Assembly (NCBI GenBank): GCA_963827235.1
Contig: CAWHAE010000010.1
Location: 32,001 to 96,000 of the forward strand
Reading direction: 5' to 3'
Origin: an uncultured bacterium
GTDB taxonomy: Bacteria > Chloroflexota > UBA5177 > JANWHV01
Length of the DNA stretch: 64,000 nucleotides
This document shows positions 1 to 10,344 of the stretch, in pieces. Made by a program: the position numbers and the translations under genes. The notes below the pieces were generated by a model. The model was given only the letters and a program-made list of their open reading frames with translations, did not search any database and was not told the origin of the DNA. The first letter of the stretch is position 1. Every line of letters starts with the position of its first letter.

Positions 1-2
1 TC

Positions 3-1088
3 GTGAGCAGCACTGCGGTTCCCGGCTCGCTGGACGCCGGTCTGGCCGATGATCCGGGCCGTGAGCGCGCCATCGTCGTCTACCAACTCAACAGCGGCCA
101 GACGCGGGACATGACGTACGGGCTCGTCGACACGCGAACCGGTGCGTTCATCACGATCGCCGACCTCAACCAGAATGGGCAGACACCGCTGCTTGATCTG
201 CAGCGTGGCGTCGCCATGATCGTGGACACCGACGAGAGCACCATCCACGTGGTCGACACGCGCAGTGGTGCCGTCCTGCACACCATCGCAGTCGACGCGT
301 TCCCCGAGGCAGGTGCAATCGATCCGCGCACAGGCCTGGGCTATATTGTGTCGCCTGGCAGCGAGGTGCTGGACGGCCGGGCGGTGAACGGCACGTTCAG
401 CACGCTGGACCTGGTGCGAGGCGTGGTGCAGCGCCGGGTCGTGGTCGGCGACGACGTCCTGAACATGGGCCTCAGCGCGAGCGGCGATCGCGCGCTTGTC
501 ACGCTGGGATCGGGGCTGCTTGCCGTCGTGGATACGGAGACGGACCGGGTGCTGCACGCCCTACCGATCGGGATGCCCTGGGGGCCGGCCTTTTCCTCGG
601 ACGGCCTTGCCTACCAGTACAGCGATGTCTGCACGGGTTCGAATGATGCAGACAAGCAGACAACCTGCGCGCGGCTGAACGTGATCGACGCGGAATCCGG
701 CGTGCTGGTGCATACGTTCGACGTCGGCTACCCCTTGAATCCACTGCCGACCGAGGATACGGCGCAGGGAACACTGTTGTTCGTGACGAGCACGCAGCCG
801 GGTCCTCTCGCAGTCTACCCGTCCGGGCCTGGCACCGTGGCGGTGCTCAAGGCAGCAAGCGAGACGCTGCTCGCGCGGATCCCCGTTGGTCTTGGTCCGT
901 ACGCCATCGGCCTCGACACGAGCACAGGTCGCCTGCTTGTGCTCAACGCGGAGGGGGATGGCACTGCTCCACCGTCCACCAACCCTGCTGAGCCGGTTTG
1001 CTCGAACAAGACCCTTACCAATGTGGCGAATCCTCCACCCTGCCGGCTTCCATACGCAAGTCTGAGCATCGTAGCTCTTCCTTCCTGA
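3..1088 (+). CDS. YncE/YVTN-type beta-propeller protein, probably 5'-truncated by the window edge
   Basis: Repeated 'VVDTxxxxVLHTIxV' strands and 'RIPVGLGPYAIGLD' YVTN-like motif; ORF opens at the window edge. Confidence 0.7.
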   Translation: MSSTAVPGSLDAGLADDPGRERAIVVYQLNSGQTRDMTYGLVDTRTGAFITIADLNQNGQTPLLDLQRGVAMIVDTDESTIHVVDTRSGAVLHTIAVDAFPEAGAIDPRTGLGYIVSPGSEVLDGRAVNGTFSTLDLVRGVVQRRVVVGDDVLNMGLSASGDRALVTLGSGLLAVVDTETDRVLHALPIGMPWGPAFSSDGLAYQYSDVCTGSNDADKQTTCARLNVIDAESGVLVHTFDVGYPLNPLPTEDTAQGTLLFVTSTQPGPLAVYPSGPGTVAVLKAASETLLARIPVGLGPYAIGLDTSTGRLLVLNAEGDGTAPPSTNPAEPVCSNKTLTNVANPPPCRLPYASLSIVALPS

Positions 1089-1593
1089 GCGCGGTAGCGC
1101 ACACGTCACGCGGTTTGACGGGAACAGGTGGTCTGTGTGGCCATCGTGGCACCATGAGCAAGGCCCTGCTGGGCACGCTAAAAGTGTTGAAGCGAGCTCC
1201 TTGATGAGGAAGACATGCGCGGTAGCACCGCGACATGCGGGCTATTCTGTCGAATCGGGAGGGAACCAACATATCATGCCCATGCCGGCCAGCCCCTTCA
1301 CCGTTCCGAATCAAGGAAGGCTACTTTGCTGAGCCGGCCGGCGATATTTGCGCGAGCAACGCGTCGTTGGACGTGCCGCCGGCGGCGACCGTGTCACACG
1401 TCGAACGCCGGCAGTGCTCGCTCCGCCGCTCGATCGCGAGAAGCCGAACGGCTCCCGCACCCACTGCCCGAAGTGGGGGGAGCCGCTCAGGCCGAACCTC
1501 TAGGAAGGTTCGCGCCTATGGTAGCACTGTTCCGCTGCTTCGGCATGGTGGCGCGACAGCCGCTCAACCGAGATCGAACGCCGGCGGCCCGCG

Positions 1594-1797
1594 CTACTTC
1601 CAGCGCCGGTTCGCCCGCCACCGGGCCCGACACGAAAGGCGCTTGTGGTAGAGCGGGGTCGCCTGCCAGAGCGCCCGCGCATCCGCAACGCGCAAGATAT
1701 CGCAGAGGCAGTGCTGGCAGATGGCACCTTCTCGACCCCGCACCAGCAAGCCGGTACGCACCTCATATTCGCCGCAGAACAGGCAGCGGTCGATCAT
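1594..1797 (-). CDS. Small stand-alone ClpX-type C4 zinc-finger protein
   Basis: CLFCG...LVRG..GAICQHCL matches the ClpX N-terminal pattern CxFCG...LIxG....ICxxC; GGGAAG precedes the ATG. Confidence 0.5.
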   Translation of the reverse strand: MIDRCLFCGEYEVRTGLLVRGREGAICQHCLCDILRVADARALWQATPLYHKRLSCRARWRANRRWK

Positions 1798-2266
1798 CTT
1801 CCCGGCTCGGCGGCGGCGAGCCGCGGCCGCGGAACGGACAGAATGCGGCCGAGCGAACGGCTCGGCAGCACGCCAAGCGCAGATGCATCATCATTCGCGA
1901 CATTGTGCGTGCCACTGTCGTGTGACCGATCGCTGATAGGGGGCGACGGCGAGCACGAGATGGATGCCTTGAAGCGCTCCAAGCAGTGACCTGGTCGCTC
2001 GTCTTCCCGGCAGCCGCAGGGCGTGCTGCTGCGTACGAGCACCTCGGCGGAATGCACGAGAAAGATTGCCAGGTAGCTGCGAGCCCAGAGACGAGGTATG
2101 ACGCACAGCCGCGTTCCAACTCAACCGAACGGCGGCGGAGTGGCCGAGTGTTGGCGCATCGAATGGCTGGATATTGCCTTGACAAACACAGATGTCTCAC
2201 ATTTCGTGGCTGTGGTTGGATGTCGCGCGAGCGCGGGCCACATTGCCGTCAAAGCGGGAGTAGAGC

Positions 2267-2643
2267 ACGAGGCGCGCCGCGTTATCGGGTAGGAGACACG
2301 CGGTGTAGAACCCGATGGAGTAGTGGCAGCGCATAGGAACGGCACTGCCGGGAGCCTATCGTAGCCGCTCCGGCAACTGTGCACCCTACTGTGCGATTGG
2401 CTGTTCATAGGCGGAGCGCACATGCGGCCCTATAATCGAGCCGTAGTGGATACGCTGACCTGCAGCCCGAAAAAGGGTTCGACGCCTCAAGCACCGCGAG
2501 CGGCGAGGCCGCTCCTCTCTTGCCGACGCCTGCTCTTGCCTGGTCACCCCTGGACTGCAGCGAGCAACTGGTGAACCCGGCCACGCTGGCATGGTCGTGC
2601 GCCGGGCTGCTTGTGCCCGGCGGCGTGCAGGGAGGAGAAGGAC
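2267..2643 (+). repeat. Promoter/leader block, copy 1 (copy 2 at about 5051-5439)
   Basis: About 375 bp nearly identical to 5051-5439, from acgaggcgcgccgcgttatcggg to the ggagaaggac RBS. Confidence 0.9.
2377..2436 (+). promoter_or_regulatory. Putative activator-dependent promoter: three CTGT(G/T)C boxes at 12-bp period, then TATAAT
   Basis: ctgtgc at 2377 and 2389, ctgttc at 2401; perfect -10 TATAAT at 2431-2436; no consensus -35. Confidence 0.55.
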
Positions 2644-3333
2644 ATGCACAGCTCGAGGAGGCTGGTCGCGTTGCTGGTGGTCGTACTCGCCATCCTGGCC
2701 CTGGGACCGGCGCCTGCCGCCCGGGCGGGGAGCGCGCAGCCGTACGTCTACCCGCCCCAGGCGCACCCGTACGGCCACTCGTACAGCGAATGGCTCATCC
2801 GGTACGTCTGGTGGTGGATGGCTATACCTGCGCAGACGAATCCCTTGTTGGACCACAGCGGTGCGCACTGCGCCCTAGGCCAGTCCGGCCCGGTCTGGTA
2901 CGTCGGACCCGACATGATGAGCGGCACCTACAAGCGGGCCTGCACCGTGCCCGCCGGCAAGGCGCTCGTCATCGGGGGCTTTGTCGAGTGTTCGACCGTG
3001 CAAGGAAGCGGCAACACCCTCGCGGAACTGCGCAGTTGCGCCAAGAGCGGTATGGATTCGGCGACAGAAGCTGACGTCACGGTGGATGGGGTGCACCTCA
3101 CGGACCTGCTGACCCGGTACCGGTTCGAGACTCCTCTCTTCACGTTTGCGTATCCCGCTGACAACGTGATGGGCGTGCCTGGGCCCGGGACCACCAAGTC
3201 GGTGGCAGGCGGCCCCCTCGTCATGCTCGCTCCGCTTGCGGTGGGACGGCACACGCTCGACATGCGCTTTCGGTATAGCCCTCCTGACCCGTGGACCACA
3301 CACGTCACCTACCATCTGACGATTCGCCGCTGA
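2644..3333 (+). CDS. Secreted uncharacterised protein, array paralog 1
   Basis: RBS ggagaaggac; signal peptide; family motifs YSEW..WW, HC..GQSGPVWY, CTVPAGK, LAPL..GRHT, YHLT. Confidence 0.85.
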   Translation: MHSSRRLVALLVVVLAILALGPAPAARAGSAQPYVYPPQAHPYGHSYSEWLIRYVWWWMAIPAQTNPLLDHSGAHCALGQSGPVWYVGPDMMSGTYKRACTVPAGKALVIGGFVECSTVQGSGNTLAELRSCAKSGMDSATEADVTVDGVHLTDLLTRYRFETPLFTFAYPADNVMGVPGPGTTKSVAGGPLVMLAPLAVGRHTLDMRFRYSPPDPWTTHVTYHLTIRR

Positions 3334-3383
3334 GCAGCGTGTTCCCGGCGCTGTGCCCGGCGTCGCGCAGGAAGGAGAAGGAC

Positions 3384-4070
3384 ATGCAAAGCTCGAGGAA
3401 ACTGGTCGCGTTGCTGGTGGTCGTGCTCGCCATCCTCGCCCTGGGACCGGCGCCTGCCGCCCAGGCGAGCAGCGCGCAGCCTTACGTCTACCCGCCCCAG
3501 GCGCACCCGTACGGCCACTCGTACGGCGAATGGCTCATCCGGTACGTTCGGTGGTGGATGGCTGCGCCTACGCCGGAGAACCCCGTGTTGGACCGCACCG
3601 GTGCGCACTGCGCCGTAGGCCAGTCCGGCCCGGTCTGGTACCTCACGTCGAACGAGGGCGGCACCGATATCCGGACCTGCACGGTGCCCGCCGGCAAGGC
3701 GTTCCTCATCTTTCCGGCCGGCGATGAGTCTGCGACCGTGATAGGGGGCGGCGACACCTTCGAGGCACTGCGCAGTACCGCCAGCGGCGGCGCTGTGGTG
3801 AGAGAAGCTGACGTGACGGTGGATGGGGTGCACCTCACGAATCTGCTGACCCGGTACCGTTTCGAGACTCCTCTCTTCACCTATAGCTATCCTGCTGACA
3901 ACTTTATGGGCGTGCCAGGGCCTGGGACCACCAAGGCGGTAGCTGATGGCATCCTGGTCATGCTCGCTCCGCTGTCAGCGGGACGGCATACGGTCGACCT
4001 GCGATTTTCGTATGGCCCTCCTGTCTCGATGACTGGAGAAGTCACGTACCACCTGACCGTTCGCCGCTGA
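3384..4070 (+). CDS. Secreted uncharacterised protein, array paralog 2
   Basis: Same RBS, signal peptide and motifs as paralog 1. Confidence 0.85.
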   Translation: MQSSRKLVALLVVVLAILALGPAPAAQASSAQPYVYPPQAHPYGHSYGEWLIRYVRWWMAAPTPENPVLDRTGAHCAVGQSGPVWYLTSNEGGTDIRTCTVPAGKAFLIFPAGDESATVIGGGDTFEALRSTASGGAVVREADVTVDGVHLTNLLTRYRFETPLFTYSYPADNFMGVPGPGTTKAVADGILVMLAPLSAGRHTVDLRFSYGPPVSMTGEVTYHLTVRR

Positions 4071-4120
4071 GCAGCGTGTTCCCGGCGCTGTGCCCGGCGT
4101 CGCGCAGGAAGGAGAAGGAC

Positions 4121-4810
4121 ATGCAAAGCTCGAGGAAACTGGTCGCATTGCTGGTGGTCGTGCTCGCGATCCTCGCCCTGGGACCGGCGCCTGCCGCCCA
4201 GGCGAGCAGCACACAGCCTCAGGTTTACCCGCCCCAGGCGCACCCGTACGGCCACTCGTACGGCGAATGGGTCATCCGGAGCACCCGGTGGGCGTGGAGT
4301 TTGCCTCTAGCGGAGTTCCCAGCGTACGACCACACCGGTGCGCACTGCGCCGCAGGCCAGTCCGGCCCGGTCTGGTACCTCGCAAACAACACCGGAGGCA
4401 CCGATATCCGCACCTGCACGGTGCCCGCCGGCAAGGCGCTCCTCATCACGGCAGCTGGGGTGCTGGCTATGACCGTGTGGGGGAATGGCGACACCTTCGC
4501 GGCACTGAGCCGCACCGCCGGGGGCTGGGAGGACAGTCTGACACAAGCTGACGTGACCGTAGATGGTGTGCACCTCACGAACCTGCTCACGCGCTACCGG
4601 TTCCAGACCCCGCTCTTCACGCTATGGTACAACGCTAGTAACTGGATGGGCATACCGGGGCCCGGGACCACCAAGGCGGTGGCTGATAGCAACAGCGTCA
4701 TGCTGGCTCCGCTGGCAGCAGGACGGCACACGCTCGACCTGCGCTTTTCGTACAATTCTCCTGTGTCGGAGCATGGCGAAGTCATCTACCATCTGACGAT
4801 TCGCCGCTGA
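4121..4810 (+). CDS. Secreted uncharacterised protein, array paralog 3
   Basis: Same RBS, signal peptide and motifs. Confidence 0.85.
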   Translation: MQSSRKLVALLVVVLAILALGPAPAAQASSTQPQVYPPQAHPYGHSYGEWVIRSTRWAWSLPLAEFPAYDHTGAHCAAGQSGPVWYLANNTGGTDIRTCTVPAGKALLITAAGVLAMTVWGNGDTFAALSRTAGGWEDSLTQADVTVDGVHLTNLLTRYRFQTPLFTLWYNASNWMGIPGPGTTKAVADSNSVMLAPLAAGRHTLDLRFSYNSPVSEHGEVIYHLTIRR

Positions 4811-5047
4811 GCGGCATGTTCCCGGCGCTGCTCACCGACCGCCCCGGGGCCTCACCGCACCGCCTGCCGGTGCCGGGCCCTAGGGCGAGTCGGCCGGGAA
4901 GTTGCACGCGATCCTAGCGATGGCTGCCTCCTCGCTGCACTACGGTCAAGACGGGGCAGCGGGCCAGCAGGTCCCCAGAGCGGCTGGACGGACTCGCCGG
5001 CCGTTTCCGTACGGGGCGCCGCACAAGTCCGAAGCCGTGCACCTGCG
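4811..5047 (+). repeat. 3' trailer, copy 1 (copy 2 at 6130-6366)
   Basis: About 237 bp nearly identical downstream of paralogs 3 and 4. Confidence 0.9.
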
Positions 5048-5050
5048 CCC

Positions 5051-5439
5051 ACGAGGCGCGCCGCGTTATCGGGTAGGAGACACGCGGTGTAGAGCCCGAT
5101 GGAGTAGTGGCAGCGCATAGGAACGGCACTGCCGGGAGCCTATCGTGGTCGCTCCGGCAACTGTGCACGCTACTGTGCACGCTACTGTGCGATCGGCTGT
5201 TCATAGGCGGAGCGCACATGCGGCCCTATAATCGAGCCGTAGTGGGTGCGCCGACCTGCAGCCCTAGAAAGGGTTCGACGCCTCAAGCACCGCGAGCGGC
5301 GAGGCCGCTCCTCTCTTGCCGGCGCCTGCTCTTGCCTGGTCACCCCTGGACTGCAGCGAGCAACTGGTGAACCCGGCCACGCTGGCGTGGTCGTGCGCCG
5401 GGTTGCTTGTGCTCGGCGCTGTGCAGGAAGGAGAAGGAC
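5051..5439 (+). repeat. Promoter/leader block, copy 2, with four boxes
   Basis: ctgtgc at 5161, 5173 and 5185, ctgttc at 5197; TATAAT at 5227-5232; one extra 12-bp unit relative to copy 1. Confidence 0.9.
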
Positions 5440-6129
5440 ATGCTAAGCACGAGGAAGCTGGTCGCGTTGCTGGTGGTCATGCTCGCCGTCCTCACCCTGG
5501 GACCGGCGCCTGCCGCCCAGGCGAGCAGCACACAGATTCAGGTATTCCCGCCGCAGTCGCACCCCTACGGCCACTCATACAGCGAATGGCTCATCCGGAT
5601 CGTCCGGTGGGGGTGGAGTTTGCCTCTGGCGGAGGCCCCCTTCAACGACAGCACCGGTGCGTTCTGCGCCGTGGGCCAGTCCGGCCCGGTCTGGTACCTC
5701 GAAAACAACACCGGAGGCACCGATATCCGCACCTGCACGGTGCCCGCCGGCAAGGCGCTCCTCATCATGGCAGCTGGGCTGATGGCTATGACCGTGTCGG
5801 GGAATGGCGACACCTTCGAGGCACTGAGCCGCGCCGCCGGGGGCTGGGAGGACAGTCTGACACAAGCTGACGTGACCGTAGATGGTGTGCACCTCACGAA
5901 CCTGCTCACGCGCTACCGGTTCCAGACCCCGCTCTTCACGCTATGGTATAACGCTAGTAACTGGATGGGCATACCTGGGCCCGGGACCACCAAGGCGGTG
6001 GCTGATTGCAACTGCGTCATGCTGGCTCCGCTGGCAGCAGGACGGCACACGCTCGACCTGCGCTTTTCGTACAATTCTCCTGTGTCGGAGCATGGCGAAG
6101 TCATCTACCATCTGACGATTCGCCGCTGA
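5440..6129 (+). CDS. Secreted uncharacterised protein, array paralog 4
   Basis: Same motifs; 3' two-thirds nearly identical to paralog 3. Confidence 0.85.
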   Translation: MLSTRKLVALLVVMLAVLTLGPAPAAQASSTQIQVFPPQSHPYGHSYSEWLIRIVRWGWSLPLAEAPFNDSTGAFCAVGQSGPVWYLENNTGGTDIRTCTVPAGKALLIMAAGLMAMTVSGNGDTFEALSRAAGGWEDSLTQADVTVDGVHLTNLLTRYRFQTPLFTLWYNASNWMGIPGPGTTKAVADCNCVMLAPLAAGRHTLDLRFSYNSPVSEHGEVIYHLTIRR

Positions 6130-6366
6130 GCGGCATGTTCCCGGCGCTGCGCACCGACCGCCCCGGGGCCTCACCGCACCGCCTGCCGGTGCCGGGCCCT
6201 GGGGCGAGTCGGCTGGGAAGTTGCACGCGATCCTAGCGATGGCTGCCTCCTCGCTGCACTACGGTCAAGACGGGGCAGTGGGCCAGCAGCTCCCCAGAGC
6301 GGCTGGACGGACTCGCCGGCCGTTTCCGTACGGGGCGCCGCACAAGTCCGAAGCCGTGCACCTGGG
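6130..6366 (+). repeat. 3' trailer, copy 2
   Basis: Near-identical to 4811-5047. Confidence 0.9.
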
Positions 6367-6387
6367 CCCATGCGGCTGAACACGCAA

Positions 6388-6548
6388 GAGTCGACGAAGG
6401 GATGGGGCACGGGGCCCGCGGTTGCGATCGCATGGCAGCAGAGGGGGACCGCGGTCCCGGGTGGGGCGGGGGACGGTAGCCTCCAGCCGCGGCAGCCTGC
6501 GGTTGCGATCGCATGGCAGCAGAGGGGGGACTGCGGTCCCGGGTGGAG
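6388..6548. repeat. REP-like dispersed element, two tandem copies (third copy at 59421-59500)
   Basis: gcggttgcgatcgcatggcagcagaggggg..ac(c/t)gcggtcccgggtgg at 6418-6464 and 6499-6546; contains palindrome tgcgatcgca. Confidence 0.75.
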
Positions 6549-6559
6549 GGGCCAGGCAG

Positions 6560-8851
6560 TTATCCTCGCGACTGATGCCACAAGGCGCTGTCAGTCCCTT
6601 CCACGAATACGTCGAGCCGGTTCGGTGCCCAGGAAACCACATTGGGCGGTGACTCCAGTATCCCGCCAAGGGACTCCCAGCCAGCCCAGTGGCTCCCATT
6701 CCACCACCGATGCCACAGGGCACTGTCTGTCCCCACCACGAAGATATCGAGCCGGTTTGGTCCCCAGGCCACGGCACTGGGCGGTGACTCCAGCACCCCG
6801 CCGAGCGATTCCCAGCCTCCCCAGTTGCTCCCATCCCACCAGCGGTGCCAGAGGGCACTATCTGTCCCCACCACGAAGATATCGAGCCGATTCGGTCCCC
6901 AGGCCACGGCACTGGGCGGTGACTCCAGCACCCCGCCGAGCGATTCCCAGCCGCCCCAGTTGCTTCCATCCCACCAGCGGTGCCAGAGGGCGTGATCGGT
7001 CCCGACGGCAAACACATCGAGCCGGTTCGGTCCCCAGGCCACGGCGCTGGGCGGTGACTCCAGCACCCCGCCGAGCGATTGCCAGCCGCCCCAGTTGCTT
7101 CCATCCCACCAGCGGTGCCAGAGGGCATGATCGGTCCCGAGGGCAAACACATCGAGCCGGTTCGGTCCCCAGGCAACCGCGACTGGCGGGGAGGTCAAGA
7201 TCCCGCCGAGCGATTGCCAGCCGCCCCAATTGCTTCCATCCCACCAGCGGTGCCAGAGGGCGTGATCGGTCCCGAGGGCAAACACATCGAGCCGGTTCGG
7301 TCCCCAGGCAACCGCGACTGGCGGGGAGGTCAGAATCCCGCCGAGCGATTGCCAGCCGCCCCAGTTGCTTCCATCCCACCAGCGGTGCCAGAGGGCGCTG
7401 TCCGTCCCCACCACGAAGACATCGAGCCGATTCGGTCCCCAGGCCACGGCGTTGGGTGGTGACTCCAGCACGCCCCCAAGGGATTCCCAGCCTCGCCAAC
7501 CAGTCGAGAAAAAGAACGGGTCGATGGAGGCCACTACCGGCGTCGTGCCATCCACAGCGAGGAGGGTATGTGTCGTGAAATTGGCATTTCGCTGGTACAC
7601 AACGCTCTGAGGGAAGTTCCCCAGATCCGGCGTATTATTCGCGCAGAAGATGCCGTAAAAATCTGGGCCCAGGGCACTCAGATAGACGTAGTCGCCCAGG
7701 TAGGGCTGGAACTGCGGTGCCGGCACGCCTTCAGGAACGGTCGCCAAGACGAGGTCGCCCCAGGTGGCTCCGTCCGAAGACTGACGAAGATGCGTCACCC
7801 ACCGCTGGTTGCCACTCGGGCCCGTGACTTGCTGGTAGAGGAAGCCGATCAGGCCATCAGAGGTGATCGCCAGCGCTGGATTGGTGGCGTTCGTGATGGT
7901 CAGCAGATCCGCACTCCAATTGACACCCCTATTAGTCGAGCGACGGAGGTGCAGCGTATAGCCGGCAGGTTGATGATCAGCAAAGGCCAGATAGACCTCC
8001 GAGCTGCTATTTGGAGTGATCGCAATCGAGAGATCACCGCCCGTACGCTGCTGTCCCATCAGCGCCGACCAGGGGAAGGTGCTGCCAGTCGCGACACGTA
8101 CTCCCGCGATGTTATCGCCAGCGTCGACGAGAGCCGTGAACGGATTCGCGGACGTCCCCCAGCTATCGTCGCGCACGACGACAACGTCGGCGGTGACGAC
8201 GCCGCCGTTGAAGCTCCGCCAACCATAGAATGCTGCGTAGATAGTGCCGTCAGGATGAATGACTGGCCGTACCTGGGGGCCATTCTGGCCCGATGTAGTC
8301 CGTTTCTCAACGCGGGTCGAACTGAATGCGGGTGCCCCAGTCCCGGCATCGAGTGACTGGTCTATCGTCGCGGTTTTCCCACCAGGAGCGTTGAAGTCGT
8401 TGTTGCCGACGTAGATCCGGTCCTTGCCAGCATCCGGACCGCTTGCAACAGTAGCCGCTTGCATCCACGGCTGGTCTTCGTTGCCGCGCCCTTCCAAAGT
8501 CGTCATTGCCGTCGACGCGAGGAAGTTCGTCGTGCGCAAGACGTTCAGTTGCAGGTTATCTCCCCGCAGATCTCCAGCGTACAGAGCGTTGGACGAGGTG
8601 CTGAAGCGCAGGGTAATATCGTCGGTGCCAGAAGACGCATTGCCACCGGGTACAATCGTGTTGAGCGTCCAGCTATGGCCCCCGTCGTTTGATACATAGA
8701 TGGGTGCGTTCGCTCCCCCGAGGGGGTCGGGGGTAAACGCGGTGGCCGCGATTTGCGTGGGCTGCCTTGGGTTGATCGTGAGGTTGGGCTCGCTGTCCTG
8801 GTGGGTTTCACCGCTCAAGGACCGCGGGATAAGATTCACAATGAAGACCAT
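6560..8851 (-). CDS. BNR/sialidase-like beta-propeller fused to a 7-repeat PLL-type (Trp-rich) lectin propeller
   Basis: Asp-box-like [16 protein letters not shown] and SSDGATW; seven 45-aa repeats [31 protein letters not shown]. Confidence 0.8.
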   Translation of the reverse strand: MVFIVNLIPRSLSGETHQDSEPNLTINPRQPTQIAATAFTPDPLGGANAPIYVSNDGGHSWTLNTIVPGGNASSGTDDITLRFSTSSNALYAGDLRGDNLQLNVLRTTNFLASTAMTTLEGRGNEDQPWMQAATVASGPDAGKDRIYVGNNDFNAPGGKTATIDQSLDAGTGAPAFSSTRVEKRTTSGQNGPQVRPVIHPDGTIYAAFYGWRSFNGGVVTADVVVVRDDSWGTSANPFTALVDAGDNIAGVRVATGSTFPWSALMGQQRTGGDLSIAITPNSSSEVYLAFADHQPAGYTLHLRRSTNRGVNWSADLLTITNATNPALAITSDGLIGFLYQQVTGPSGNQRWVTHLRQSSDGATWGDLVLATVPEGVPAPQFQPYLGDYVYLSALGPDFYGIFCANNTPDLGNFPQSVVYQRNANFTTHTLLAVDGTTPVVASIDPFFFSTGWRGWESLGGVLESPPNAVAWGPNRLDVFVVGTDSALWHRWWDGSNWGGWQSLGGILTSPPVAVAWGPNRLDVFALGTDHALWHRWWDGSNWGGWQSLGGILTSPPVAVAWGPNRLDVFALGTDHALWHRWWDGSNWGGWQSLGGVLESPPSAVAWGPNRLDVFAVGTDHALWHRWWDGSNWGGWESLGGVLESPPSAVAWGPNRLDIFVVGTDSALWHRWWDGSNWGGWESLGGVLESPPSAVAWGPNRLDIFVVGTDSALWHRWWNGSHWAGWESLGGILESPPNVVSWAPNRLDVFVEGTDSALWHQSRG
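6575..7500 (-). repeat. 135-bp coding tandem repeat x7 (lectin blades)
   Basis: Near-identical DNA units encoding the 45-aa repeats. Confidence 0.9.
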
Positions 8852-8890
8852 CTTCGCCTTCTCCTATCTACCAAAGCAGCCGCAGGAAGG

Positions 8891-9679
8891 TCACTGCACG
8901 AGGGCTCGGACGCGAGGCAGTTGGTCTATTGGCTGAAAGTCCTCTGGGTGTAGCAGGACAAAGGCGGAAGCGTCTGGCGTCACCGCGGCGGCACCGGGGG
9001 CCGCATTTGTCGTCATCTCTTGCTGCGGGTGCAGGAGGAAGACTCCAGACATTCCTGGACGGAGTTTTGGCACCTGATACCACCGAACGTCCTGGCTATT
9101 TGGGTATCGCACCGTTATGCTTTTCTGGGCGAGGCTCCCTCTTTCCACGCCCGTTACGTTGACAATGGCGTCGTGCCACTCAGGATCATGCTCGCTTACG
9201 TATGACTGTGTGGGTGATGCGGCAGTGTCCGGCAGACGCGTGGCCGTAACGGTACCGGTGACAACGGTAGGCGTGGAAGCTAGATGCTGTTGCAGATGAA
9301 GATTTGCCCATGTTTGAACCGGATCGCCGGCTGCGGTGGCCAGCGCCGCGCTGGCCACCGCAATATCGTGATGGCCAACCGATTGCACTGCCAGACTCTC
9401 GCCAAAGACCAAGCCATTCGCATAGAAGGTGGCCTGCTCCCCCACCGTCACCTGCTCGTTGTCAGCCAATTGAACGGTGATGGTCTGACCGGCGTAGCCT
9501 ACGAGGGAGTTCGGCGCCGAGAGCACCTCGTCGACTTTGACCAAAGCGGTGCTCGCTGAGGCGGGAACCGAGGGCACCGTGCTAGCGTTGACCCGTAACA
9601 CAGTACCCCTAAATATGAAGTTGGCCCGGTTGCTGAGATCTTCAGTGCTGGCGGTCGGCTGGGACGTACTAACTGGCAT
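8891..9679 (-). CDS. Hypothetical protein (two related beta-rich halves), upstream partner of the lectin gene
   Basis: RBS ggggagac; 40 bp from the lectin gene; FIFRGTV and VVTGTV halves resemble each other. Confidence 0.7.
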   Translation of the reverse strand: MPVSTSQPTASTEDLSNRANFIFRGTVLRVNASTVPSVPASASTALVKVDEVLSAPNSLVGYAGQTITVQLADNEQVTVGEQATFYANGLVFGESLAVQSVGHHDIAVASAALATAAGDPVQTWANLHLQQHLASTPTVVTGTVTATRLPDTAASPTQSYVSEHDPEWHDAIVNVTGVERGSLAQKSITVRYPNSQDVRWYQVPKLRPGMSGVFLLHPQQEMTTNAAPGAAAVTPDASAFVLLHPEDFQPIDQLPRVRALVQ

Positions 9680-9753
9680 CGTTGTCTCCCCGCGGAGCTC
9701 ACTGGTCGCTAATCGGCGTAGCTGTGGTGGCGCCCCTTTGTGTCACTGAGGGA

Positions 9754-9993
9754 TCATGCCGGTAGTGCAGCCACCTTTCGCCAGTCGTAGCTGGCGAGTG
9801 CGAAGAATACGATCGAGGCTGCACATGACGCCACGACGATCAGCCATTCAGCGGCACCACTGCCATTGTCTGGATCGACTTGGAAAACGAGCTCAATCCA
9901 GTTGCTCCATACCACTGTCAATAAGAGCAGGGCCATGCTGACCAGACCGAGGGCCAACTCAATCCAGAATCGGTGCGGTAGCTGCTTTCTCAC
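9754..9993 (-). CDS. Small two-TM membrane protein
   Basis: GTG start with RBS gaggaaagga; two hydrophobic helices around WIELVFQVDPDNGSG. Confidence 0.65.
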   Translation of the reverse strand: MRKQLPHRFWIELALGLVSMALLLLTVVWSNWIELVFQVDPDNGSGAAEWLIVVASCAASIVFFALASYDWRKVAALPA

Positions 9994-10185
9994 GTTTGCT
10001 CCTTTCCTCGATTTGCCTGCAGGACATGATGGGATTTACGGTAGAGATGAGGTGAGACCATCAGTGATCGGGTTGCAGTGAGAGCACAGGATTCAGCAGA
10101 TGCTGATAACGGGCTTTCGACCATTATGATGCTGAAGCGAGATTCATTGCGGCAGAGTCCGCAGCCGGTCGCTCTGTCTTTTCAG

Positions 10186-10344
10186 CTACGGCGCCTGCAG
10201 ACGGCTCTCGAGCGTTGCCTGATCCAGTGGGAAACGAACATCCTCGTGTGCTTCACTCACGCGCGAGCGAGCACTTACGGGATAGGTTAATCCATCGCTG
10301 GCACCTATCTCCAGATCAAAGTCAAGATAGCCTCGCCGCTGCAT
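10186..10344 (-). pseudogene. Remnant resembling the N-terminus of CHAT (caspase-like) domain proteins
   Basis: YLDFDLEIG..YPV...EA.E.VRFPLD..TLESRLQ recalls the CHAT-protein N-terminus; stops after about 52 aa. Confidence 0.4.

Noticed and set aside
2644-6129. Diversity-generating retroelement behind the paralog variation
   Set aside because: No reverse transcriptase or template repeat in the window; substitutions are not confined to adenines
6575-7500. 135-bp repeats as a non-coding array
   Set aside because: Fully explained by in-frame lectin blades
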